A stretch of DNA of 64,000 nt from Takakia lepidozioides (lineage: Eukaryota; Plantae; Bryophyta), in the NCBI GenBank assembly GCA_030704615.1, contig CM060732.1, forward strand, positions 8,122,001-8,186,000. The letters run 5' to 3'. Below, piece by piece: positions 49,729-59,231 of the stretch. Position 1 is the first letter of the stretch; the number at the start of each line of letters is the position of its first letter. The translations under genes were made by a program, and so were the position numbers. The notes under the pieces are model-generated. The model saw only the letters and a list, made by a program, of their open reading frames with translations. It did no database searches and was not told the DNA's origin.

Positions 49729-52344
49729 ATGGCCAACCGGCTTCAGCAGCTAGAGCAGAGGCTCGCTGCAATGGCTATAGCTCAGGCGGTACCGGCTCCC
49801 AGGCGGGATGGTCCACCTCCTGCTCCCGAGGGAGGAGATATGGGAGGTATGGGATTCATGTGCGGAGCAGCACTACCACTAGAGCAGGTGGAGTCTGCTG
49901 CAGCCGTGACTCGAGGAACAGCACGAGTTCCTGAGCCACGAGGTGCAGAGGTGGAGTTGGATCCACAACGTGGGGAGGCAAGCCGTCAGGCGAGGCTGCC
50001 TCAGTCATTCACCTTGGCGGAGACAGTGTCAACGCCATCCATGGCACCTAGTTCTCGCCCGACTGTTACCGAGACGAAGGTTACTATGCCATTGGGGAGA
50101 GCTACACGTGCAGCACTGACACCTGCTACCAAGGCTAGTGCATCCGGTGTGTTATTGGGGGCAGCCACCTCTGTGTGTCAAGCCCCACTGTTCTCGGCAA
50201 CCATGATTGCGACGCCGGGGGTGAGACCAGCTGCAGTGTTCAGACTAGCAGCAACTCTCTGTGAGAGTGGGGAGGTCACTTCATCTTCTGCGGAGTTAGT
50301 GGAAGGTATAGTGGCAGAGGGATCCTTGGATTTGAGGGTCAAGACTGCCACGGCTGCGCCATGGCAAGCTGCAGCTGCCAGGTTGACAAAGCTGCCAGCT
50401 AGGCCAGCCTTTGAGCGCGCCATGGTGACACCTGGAGTTGTCTTGTTAGACAACCAGGGAGGCATTTTCATTTTGAGTGGACCGGCAGGCAAGAAGTACC
50501 GGCCACTGCGGGTCTTGTTGGACTCAGGAGCTCAACCACTGATGTTGGGCAGAGCTGCTATTGCAGGTTTGGGCCTCATGGAGGCGGATATGGAGCCTTG
50601 TCCTTTCCAGATACAGACATCTCTGGGAGGATCAGAGCAGGCTCGCGGCATGACACGGCATCAGTTGGCCATTAGACTGCAGCCGGATCATCTTAGAGAT
50701 GGCTCAGTGATGCGAGCCAAGGCCATTGTGACAGACGCGATCTCTTACGATGTCCTCGTTGGTGGTGCAGTGTTATATCCCATGGGCTTCACCCTGGACT
50801 TTTGGGAGGAGTCAGCATCCTACAGGCCTGGATGGCAGTCAGGTGATGGTCGTCGTGCACAGCTCCCTGTGACATTCATTGGGGGTATAGCGGCTGCCCA
50901 GTGGGGCAAGATGCCAACACTAGCCGCCTTTACAGCTGCAGTTAGTTGGCCTGGAGAGTTGCTGGAGGGCAATGCCCATGCAAAGGATGTGTCACCTCCA
51001 GCAGAGCAGGATGACATGCATGGTATGGCGGAGTTGTCTGCCATGGTTGCTCACACTCCATTGTGGGGTACAAGCAAAGATTTGCAGCAGGTTGCTGATC
51101 GACGGGTGCAACAAACCTGGGTAGAGGCTTTTGTACCGTCAGGAGAGGAGGAGAGTGCGGGTATTGCACCAAGACCACCTCAGTTGTCACCATTGGATAC
51201 CACACCTATTGTGTGGCAGTATCAGGATGAAGACATTTGCCTTCTGGACTTGTTTGGCGGGATCAACACCGGATTGGCTGCTGTGCTACAGCCAGGTGTG
51301 CGGGTAAGGCGTTACTTGTATGTGGAGAAGGATGAGACTGCACGACGCGTCTCACTGCGCCATGTGGCTCAGTTGGTACAGCAGTACCCTGACTTGTTGC
51401 CTGTGTCTGCAGTTCGTGGAAACCAACAAGCCTTGCCAGCAGACATTTCCTTGTTGGGGGCACAGGTTGGCTCCATTGATCTGATAGTGGCAGGTTGGCC
51501 CTGCCAAGGGCATTCATCAGCCGGGCATGACAATGGATTGCGAGACTCGAGGACGGGTCTGTTTTGGGAGATGGTGCGGGTTTTGCGCCACTTGCAGCTT
51601 CATCAAGCTGTATCTCCAGCATACATCTTGGAGAATGTGCCACTGATGGGTGATTCTCGGGCCAGGGTGATGGCCAGTGTGCATCAAGTCCGGTCGTGGC
51701 TTGGGTCAGCAGTGCTGCTGGATGCAGCTGCAATAGGATCATGGGTTCATCGTCCACGGCTTTGGTGGACTAACTTGATGCCACCCGCATTGCTCAAGCG
51801 TGCATTTGATGGGGTGCAGCGGTCAGCACACCTCACCGTGGATGGCATTTTGGACACAGGGAGGCAGTCTCAACGTGTGAGACACGATGACCGTTTGCCT
51901 TTGGCAGTGGTCAACAGGGTGGGTCAACCACGAGCAGCATTACCTACACTGCTCAGCTTCCCAGGATCCCATGCTTTTCGGGATGGTGGACCTGGCCTCC
52001 TGTGGGATGCTCAGTTGCAGCAGTTAGTGGAGCCTAATGCCGACGAGCGAGAGCGGGCTATGGGGTTTTCCACTGGGACCACGGCGGTGCCTTCTCTTTC
52101 TGAGGCATCACGTCGTCAGGTGTTGGGGCAAGCAATGGATCTCAATTGCTTGACCTGGATTATCAGCTTGGCTATGGCTGAGCAACATAGAGTGCGGAGT
52201 GCACTTCCCTTGATGGTCTCTCTGCCTACCGAGACGGTACAGGCAGCGAGTGGGGGCGAGCCGGTGAGGACCACGGGGTGTAGACATGGCACACGTGGGA
52301 GGTGCTCGAGGTTCAGAGGGAGTTGGCAGCCAAAGCAGCTATGA
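49729..52344 (+). CDS. Gypsy D truncated Gag tail-protease-DNMT open frame (871 aa)
   Basis: An uninterrupted frame containing VLLDSGAQP and the DNMT motifs at about 51235-52170. It is frameshifted near 52285 relative to C. Confidence 0.85.
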   Translation: MANRLQQLEQRLAAMAIAQAVPAPRRDGPPPAPEGGDMGGMGFMCGAALPLEQVESAAAVTRGTARVPEPRGAEVELDPQRGEASRQARLPQSFTLAETVSTPSMAPSSRPTVTETKVTMPLGRATRAALTPATKASASGVLLGAATSVCQAPLFSATMIATPGVRPAAVFRLAATLCESGEVTSSSAELVEGIVAEGSLDLRVKTATAAPWQAAAARLTKLPARPAFERAMVTPGVVLLDNQGGIFILSGPAGKKYRPLRVLLDSGAQPLMLGRAAIAGLGLMEADMEPCPFQIQTSLGGSEQARGMTRHQLAIRLQPDHLRDGSVMRAKAIVTDAISYDVLVGGAVLYPMGFTLDFWEESASYRPGWQSGDGRRAQLPVTFIGGIAAAQWGKMPTLAAFTAAVSWPGELLEGNAHAKDVSPPAEQDDMHGMAELSAMVAHTPLWGTSKDLQQVADRRVQQTWVEAFVPSGEEESAGIAPRPPQLSPLDTTPIVWQYQDEDICLLDLFGGINTGLAAVLQPGVRVRRYLYVEKDETARRVSLRHVAQLVQQYPDLLPVSAVRGNQQALPADISLLGAQVGSIDLIVAGWPCQGHSSAGHDNGLRDSRTGLFWEMVRVLRHLQLHQAVSPAYILENVPLMGDSRARVMASVHQVRSWLGSAVLLDAAAIGSWVHRPRLWWTNLMPPALLKRAFDGVQRSAHLTVDGILDTGRQSQRVRHDDRLPLAVVNRVGQPRAALPTLLSFPGSHAFRDGGPGLLWDAQLQQLVEPNADERERAMGFSTGTTAVPSLSEASRRQVLGQAMDLNCLTWIISLAMAEQHRVRSALPLMVSLPTETVQAASGGEPVRTTGCRHGTRGRCSRFRGSWQPKQL
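51235..52170 (+). other. C5 cytosine DNA methyltransferase domain (DNMT3-like) in Gypsy D, open frame
   Basis: Motif I DLFGGINTG, II YVEKD, IV AGWPCQ, VI ENV, VIII RPRLWWTN, IX ERAMGF and X RRQVLGQAMD. Confidence 0.92.
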
Positions 52345-52580
52345 TGGATGAGGTTGGGGATTCTTCTCGGGATGAGGAGGTTCTCAATGATGAGATGATG
52401 GGGCAGGATGAGGCCTTGTCATTGACTGAGCAGGAAGGAAGTACTGCTCAAGAGGTTGCAGCATAGCAACCACGGGACGCGTCCTCTACCCCTAAGCCCA
52501 CTGGACTTAAGGTTGCAGTTACGGAGGACAATTGGGAGCCTGACATTGGACCCATTGTCACCGGAGGAGAGAGACGACGC

Positions 52581-54761
52581 ATGCGGCGGTTCCTGAGGGC
52601 TTACAGGAATTGCTTTGCCTTCAGTTTGAAGGACTTGGGAGCACTGAAGGGTCAAGAGATCCGTATTGAGTTGGCCACTGACACGCCAATCTTTCGGAGA
52701 CCCTATAGATACAGTGACATGGAGAGGTCTTTGATTCAGATGAGGACTCAAGATCTCTGGGAGGCAGGTTTGGTGGAGCTCTCTGGTGGAGAGTATGCTT
52801 CAGCCACAGTGATGCCAGCCAAGAAGGATGTCTATGGCAATTGGACGGAGAGACGTATGTGCGGTGATTACCGGCCTGTAAATCGTCAGACCAAGTCTGA
52901 TAGGTATGCCATGCCCACACCAGAGGAGATCTTTGATGCCATTGGGCATGCCAAGGTCTTTAGCACTTTGGATTTACGATCTGGATATCACCAGTTGCCG
53001 ATCAAAGAGGCGGATAAGCAAAAGATGACATTCTGGGGGATCAATGAGCACGGGAAGGATTGCCTATACCAGTGGCGGTTCTTACCATTTGGGCTTAAAA
53101 ACGCTCCCGCTGAGTTTCAAAGAGTCATGGACAGGATTCTAGCAGGGGTGGAGTTTGCTCGGTGCTATATAGATGACATCATCATCTTTAGTGCTACGGT
53201 GGAGGAGCATGAGAGACACCTTCAGGGGGTATTTGAGCGCTTGAGGACGCACGGATTGAAGTTACATCCGGGCAAGTGCAAGTTTTTCCACAACCAGATT
53301 GAGTATCTGGGTCACATGATATATCCTGGAGGATTGGGGGTACAGCAGACTAAGATAGAGTCCATTGCACAGGTTCCACGCCCCACGGATGTGAGCCGAG
53401 TTCGAGCTTTCATGGGGTTAGCAAACTATTACAGACGGTTTGTTAAGGGATTTAGTGCCATTGCAAAGGCTCTAACCAAGCTAACCAAGGTTGACCAGGA
53501 GTGGCAGTGGGAAGATGAGCAAGAACAAGCTTTTCAAGAGCTCAAGGCAAGGTTGACCTCGGCTCCCATCCTGAGACGACCTATCAGGGGGCGTCTTTTT
53601 CAGCTGCATACAGATTGGAGCATGCCGGGGCTTGGAGCGGTGCTCACACAGGTGGATGATGAGGGAAGAGAGTTCGTAGTGGCTTATGCTAGCCGCTCGA
53701 ACAATGCTGCAGAGTCTAAGTATAGCTCATATGAGGGAGAATGCTTAGCTGCAGTGTGGGCCGTGGCACACTTCAGTTGCTATCTATACGGCAATCTCTT
53801 CACCCTTGTCACGGATCACCAACCACTCAAGTGGTTGATGGAGTCAGACAAGCTTACGGGGAAGCTTGCACGGTGGGCACTCATCCTTCAAGAGTATGAC
53901 TTTCAGGTGGTGCATCGACCGGGTTTGGTCAATCGAAATGCAGATGGGTTGAGTCGCAATCCATGCACGAGCCAGCAGGATGACACTGGAGCTCGGTGGC
54001 ATGGTGAGACGGACGAGGAGATGGTGCCCGGATGGCATGCATCTGCATTTCTGTGTATCTTGGCAGCGGAAGGCCAGGTTGGACCTACAACAGGGATGAC
54101 TGTAGATCAAGTGTCTGAGGACCCTGAGGCCAGCAATGAGCAGGGTGGCGCCAAAGATATACATGAGGATTCAGTTGTGTTGGACTACCTCCGCAGTGGA
54201 GACACGGCAGCCACTATGACTGCCAAGGAGAGGGATCGGATCCTACAACGAGCCAAGACGTTCAGGTGGGAGGGGACACACATGCTCCGAGTGTGGGAGG
54301 ATGGTCGAGTGAGGATTGTGCCTCACCCAACACAGCGGGCACGGTTAGTGCGGCATGCCCATGAGGAGTTGGGGCATTTTGGGGTGCGACGCACTCATAG
54401 TCTACTGCAGGGGCAGTATTGGTGGCGTGGTATGCACACAGAGGTGCAACAATTTGTGGCTAGGTGCATGGTGTGTGATAGGGTGCGTGCTTCATTCAAC
54501 GCCCCTACTCCACAATTGCACCCTCTTCCGATCATGGGATTGGGCTACAGGTGGAGTCTTGACTTCGCAGGGCCATTGCCACTTACCATGCGCCACAACA
54601 AGTATGTGTTGGTGATGGTGGAGCACTTCTCCAAGTGGATTGAGTTGGTTCCATTGCCTGATAAGGCTAGTGAGGGAGCTGCGTATGCATTCTTGGCTTG
54701 TGTATGTAGCTATCTGGAGGTAGAGGGACTTATCCACCAGCTAGGGGGGCGATTGTGGTAG
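52581..54761 (+). CDS. Gypsy D RT-RNase H-integrase (integrase truncated by a deletion at about 54700)
   Basis: YIDD RT, RNase H, HHCC and the first catalytic D are present. The sequence then jumps to the pre-PPT region at a TGTA microhomology. Confidence 0.9.
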   Translation: MRRFLRAYRNCFAFSLKDLGALKGQEIRIELATDTPIFRRPYRYSDMERSLIQMRTQDLWEAGLVELSGGEYASATVMPAKKDVYGNWTERRMCGDYRPVNRQTKSDRYAMPTPEEIFDAIGHAKVFSTLDLRSGYHQLPIKEADKQKMTFWGINEHGKDCLYQWRFLPFGLKNAPAEFQRVMDRILAGVEFARCYIDDIIIFSATVEEHERHLQGVFERLRTHGLKLHPGKCKFFHNQIEYLGHMIYPGGLGVQQTKIESIAQVPRPTDVSRVRAFMGLANYYRRFVKGFSAIAKALTKLTKVDQEWQWEDEQEQAFQELKARLTSAPILRRPIRGRLFQLHTDWSMPGLGAVLTQVDDEGREFVVAYASRSNNAAESKYSSYEGECLAAVWAVAHFSCYLYGNLFTLVTDHQPLKWLMESDKLTGKLARWALILQEYDFQVVHRPGLVNRNADGLSRNPCTSQQDDTGARWHGETDEEMVPGWHASAFLCILAAEGQVGPTTGMTVDQVSEDPEASNEQGGAKDIHEDSVVLDYLRSGDTAATMTAKERDRILQRAKTFRWEGTHMLRVWEDGRVRIVPHPTQRARLVRHAHEELGHFGVRRTHSLLQGQYWWRGMHTEVQQFVARCMVCDRVRASFNAPTPQLHPLPIMGLGYRWSLDFAGPLPLTMRHNKYVLVMVEHFSKWIELVPLPDKASEGAAYAFLACVCSYLEVEGLIHQLGGRLW

Positions 54762-55283
54762 ACTACTTTATTGTGCATATATGTGTGGTGTGGTTTGGAC
54801 AGCGATGTAGTTGTGTAGCGATATGTATGCGCACGATAGCTGTCAAGTTAAATAAGCACAGTGTGAAAAGAACTAGAATAAAGCTAGTTATTTGTATTTA
54901 ACACTTGGATTTAGGTCAAGTGTTAAATCAGGTGTCAAGTTTAGTTTGACACCTGAATGGCCTTATCTTCACGAGAGCGGCAGTCGCGTAGCTCATCTCT
55001 CTCGAGTTGAGCTTGTGCGACCGAGCTCCTGCATGTGTTTAGGTTTGAGTGTGCTTATGTAGGGGTACAGGTTGTTGTGGGGTGGAGTCCCCATAGCTTG
55101 GGGTGCCCCTGGCTCGACTTCTGTTTCAATGAGTGATAGCGATGGATTTTATATTTCTTGTGTTGGGAGTGTGTGTCTTTTTTAGCTTGTTTATCAATTG
55201 TGGTAGACTACTTTATTGTGCATATATGTGTGGTGTGGTTTGGACAGCGATGTAGTTGTGTAGCGATATGTATGCGCACGACA
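54754..55283 (+). repeat. 3' terminal repeat block of Gypsy D: A(54754-54838)-gc-B(54841-55196)-at-A(55199-55283); PPT at 54741-54753
   Basis: Read directly from the sequence; same architecture as C. Confidence 0.92.
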
Positions 55284-55349
55284 TAATGAAAATAGTAAAG
55301 AGAGGGAGGGGAAGAATAGAAGCCCGACCAAGCAAGGTCTAATCCTGAT

Positions 55350-56099
55350 CTATGCTATCAACTGCCAGACTTCTCTCAAAGTGCCTCGCTCTGCATGATG
55401 GTAAGGTGTAGGAGGTATATCTATGTCCAGAAACCTGCCACTAACCTTGTCCAAAGCTACAGTAGCTCGCTCTAACCAACCCTCCTCATCTTTCTGCCAG
55501 GTAGTGACAAAGCAATACTCCCCTATCTCTCGCTCACTGAACACTAAAGAAAATAAAGGTAGGGTCTGATAGTCTCTCAACTTGAAAGCTTTGAGACGAT
55601 TGCGGGTGTCCTCATTGCGAATGACTGCATCTCCTTCAAGCAGCACAAACTTTTCATTGCTAATGAACCCCCGCTCGTGGTTGCCTCGTGTAGAGCGTGT
55701 CCGGCTGCAACCATGTCTGATTGCACAAACTTGTGTAGCTCCTGCTCCTCTACTCCAGTACACCACGACCTTGTGGCTGAACACCTTGGTCCCCGGGGCT
55801 GACTTTGGTTGTGTTCCAAGCCTAGCTTTCACCCACTTTGGTATTTCACTTACAGCTGCAGAACTGCTGGCTCCAACAGAGTTCTGACTGTCCAAAGCGA
55901 TATTGAGGCCCTCAACGCCAACTACAGCAGTTTGTTGTCTACTGCTAATGCGTGACTCCCAGTATGCAATCAACTCGTCCAACTGCTCTCCACTCAAATC
56001 AGTCTGAGTTCCTTGAGAAACATAAATCTTGTCCCCTTGTGTGCACAGGCTAAGAGAAGAGACCTGCCCTTCAATTATGTCCTCATATCCCCCAGCCAT
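55350..56099 (-). CDS. Conserved 249-aa extra ORF of Gypsy C
   Basis: Intact paralogue of 48420-49169. Confidence 0.75.
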   Translation of the reverse strand: MAGGYEDIIEGQVSSLSLCTQGDKIYVSQGTQTDLSGEQLDELIAYWESRISSRQQTAVVGVEGLNIALDSQNSVGASSSAAVSEIPKWVKARLGTQPKSAPGTKVFSHKVVVYWSRGAGATQVCAIRHGCSRTRSTRGNHERGFISNEKFVLLEGDAVIRNEDTRNRLKAFKLRDYQTLPLFSLVFSEREIGEYCFVTTWQKDEEGWLERATVALDKVSGRFLDIDIPPTPYHHAERGTLREVWQLIA

Positions 56100-58880
56100 A
56101 CAAGGAGGACATCCCCAGATTTGTCTCTCATATAGACCACAACAGGTTGTAGAAACAGAATTGTGGATCTTTCATAGCACACTCACACTCAAAAAATTCC
56201 ATAGATTTTTAGCAGAGTCCAAAAAACTAAAACCATGTCTAGATAGGTAGATTTCCCCTTTCTGCAGCTATCCCCCTAAAAACTGAGTCAAACAGAGTCT
56301 ATTTGACAAAGATATGACCAATTAGGCTCTAAATCATTGAAATTAGATCAAAAAGGTTTTTTTTGTTTTTTGTTTTTTTAACACCAAAACGTTCTTGCCA
56401 TTAAACGCTGTTCCCACGTTATCTTAACAGGTTCCAAACGTGTTCATGTAGTTCTCACCATAGACTCCCTGGCAGCGTGACCTATATTTCCCAGGATTTC
56501 AATTGTGTTTACAAATGCACCACAACAGCTCTTGGTTCCCAGTGACCTGCTCTCCTCCAGTCGAGATCCGTAGCTATGCCGAGCCTTAATCCTTTGCACC
56601 AATATTCCCAACAAAAGCAGGAGCACTTACAATGCAACCCCGGAAAGCACCAGAGCTAACTAGCTTTGATCAAGAACGCTTACAGCCCTTCATGCGTGCT
56701 GATTTTTCAAGGTGGCAGCAACAGATCTGCTATCACTGATTGTGTAAGCCTTTACATGGAGTTGGCACAGGCTGCCCTCAAGTTCTGGATTGTTCACATA
56801 GACCGAGCATGTCATGTAGTGAGCTGGGCCCCTTCTGTCTTCAAGGGACCGGCAGTTTCAGATGACACCACATTAATGCCTAAATTGTCATCCTTCCCTG
56901 CTCCCTTTTATCTGATTCCTCCACGGTCAGATTCTTCAAGCCGCATCAGATTCCAGCTTACAAGCCTTTCAATTGACGCTCAAAGTGCCACATCTACACT
57001 CGCTTGGTTATTGGGCAGAACTGACGTCGATAAGGCAAGAAGGGAAATTTCTGGATCAGACCAGTGCATTGATCATTTCCCAAGACCACGTATGCTGCTT
57101 CTTTCGGCGCTTCTCCAGAAGCCAGAGTCATTAAGTTATGGCGCTCCCCTCAGCAAACCATCCGCCAGCGAGCCTATTCACAGTTCTGCTCTGTCCATCT
57201 TTCGCAACAACAGTTTGCTCTCTTGCAAACCCTAGCTTCTAGTCAGCGCAAGTCATCCCTTCAATTCTTGATGGCCTTGCTCCCTCCTCTGGCAGGTGCA
57301 CAAGTTACAAAGCTGCTTCACATGTTTGCTCATCCTCCAGCATTCAATGAATGGACGAATGGCTGCACTGCAGGACACCACCAGGCAGTAGAATACGCCA
57401 AGTTCCTTGGTATTCCTATCTCTTGCTCATTCCACAGCCCCTCACACATTACCAATCACATTCGAAGCTCTTGGAGTTCCTGCTCCTGGTACGGTTCAAT
57501 TGCAGCAAAAGCCAGACATGCTAGAAAAACTGCCAGACTCTGATCAGGCTAAGAAAGAAGATACAGCCACTGTGACAGCTGCCAATGTGCCCACATGCGT
57601 CAAGAAAAGCTACAGCCCAACTTCAGTGGAAAGATGTGCTTTGCCTGCAGAGGAGCCTGATACAGACAGTATGTTCAGTTTGCCACTTGCATGACCAGGC
57701 TCTCTAATTGAGGAGCCAGAATGTGGAAATGATGAAAATGGAGAGAGTGAGGTGTGCTCTACTGCAAAGGATGTTGGAGTGGGCATCTTTCAAATTGCTA
57801 CCCCAGGTACAGAGGAAGCGAAGAGAAGTTCGGAGGAAGGAAACATGCGGGTTGCCAGTGATGGTATTGCTATTGACCAGGATGCTACCTCAGAAAATCA
57901 ATTAGATTCTGCTCTTCCGCTGCCTTTCCTGACCGCACAATACGTCACTCTTTCCCATTTCTTCCTTAACGGCTGCTGCGCCTCACTGAGGCTCGAAGAA
58001 CTGCTACGGTCACATGTTCGATCTCCAAGTCTTTCTGTATCCTGCACCACTCGTCAGCTTCATCTTACAAAACAAAAAGTGTTGGCACCCAGGAGGCAGG
58101 GCACGTGCGGGACTGCTCACGACACTCAGAGCATGGGAACCGGACGTGTCCAATCTCTCAACATTGCTCCACCTTGCAACCCATTATCTACAACTCACGA
58201 ACGCAGACAACATCCCCCAACCCAGGAAGCAGTCCAAGTTTGACACATACACGTCTGCTTCCACCTCATTTCTTCCCTGCGTTTGTGTGGGTGTGACGAG
58301 GAGCAAGGTAAGAGGCACTTGCAGTTACCCTGCACACGACCTCACTGACCGCTTCTGGTCGGTGCACATCGAACTAAGGCGAGCAGCCCATACTCTACCT
58401 CCTGACTGCCCCACCTCGCCCTCTCTGCACGCCGTTCCATTCTCCCTCATCTCCATCTCCAGGCACGGAAGTTCTACTCATCTGCTCGATTACAGGTACC
58501 CCTTTAAGTCTCGCACTTGGTCAGTTTCCGAACGGCCAATCGCTGCTACACCATGATGTCTCCTCACCAACCAAAACGAAGGCTGCTTCCCCGCAGTATA
58601 GCTCCGTCCTGCCCCGGCGGCCTCATGCCAGAACCAACGCTATCCTCAACCAGTAGAACGAGACCAGTTCTTTGCCCCTGCTTGCCATGCAGCCTGCCTC
58701 CATGGACCATCTATATACCCAGAAACCAACGATGATCGAAACCAGCATGTTTTTTTTTGTTTTTTTTTTTTTTTTTTAAGCTTCTCAAACTAAGCATTAC
58801 TTACACACAGGTAATCATACAAGTGCTAACCCTCAACTCCTACCTTGCACTCACAGGTAAGAGGTCATCTCTCTCTCGAG

Positions 58881-59231
58881 TGATAAGAAACTAAGAACAC
58901 ACTGTTCACACAAGAAACATGAAATCCACCACCATCACTCTTTAAAATAGTAGTCAAGCCAGGGGTACCCCAAGCTATGGGGACTCCACCCCACAACAAC
59001 CTATCATCCCTTCATAAGCACACTCAGATTCTGAACGATGAAGGAGCTCAGTCGTGCAGGCTCAACTCGAGAGAGATGAGCCGCACGACTGACGCTCTCA
59101 TGAAGATAAGACGGTTCAGGTGTCAAACTAAACTTGACACCTGACTTAACACTTGAACTAAATCCAAGTGTTAAATACAAATAACTAGCTTTATTCTAGT
59201 TAGTTTCACACTGTGTTTATTTAACTTGACA
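58881..59231 (-). repeat. 5' terminal repeat of Gypsy C (B segment only)
   Basis: 351 bp, with about 7 substitutions relative to 37278-37628 by eye; followed in element sense by CTCGAGAGAGA. Confidence 0.92.

Larger units (their letters stand above)
45743..55283 (+). mobile_element. Gypsy D: same family, nested in inverted orientation within C, internally deleted, 4-bp TSD TAAT
   Basis: TAAT lies at 45739-45742 and 55284-55287. The uninterrupted target sequence is visible in D itself at about 49220-49250 (reverse complement). Confidence 0.92.
37192..59231 (-). mobile_element. Gypsy C: Ty3/Gypsy retrotransposon with DNMT and PHD domains, permuted terminal repeats and 4-bp TSD CAAG
   Basis: CAAG lies at 37188-37191 and 59232-59235; ends are TG...CA; domain order is gag-PR-DNMT-RT-RH-IN-PHD. 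Gypsy D is nested inside it. Confidence 0.92.

Noticed and set aside
56470-58740. ORFs of 100-190 aa in the Gypsy C leader
   Set aside because: I could not assign them to any family on either strand. Treated only as unidentified cargo.
37192-59231. Classification as a DIRS/Ngaro/PAT element because of the split direct repeats
   Set aside because: No tyrosine recombinase was seen. The element has an aspartic protease, an HHCC-DDE integrase, TG...CA ends and 4-bp TSDs.
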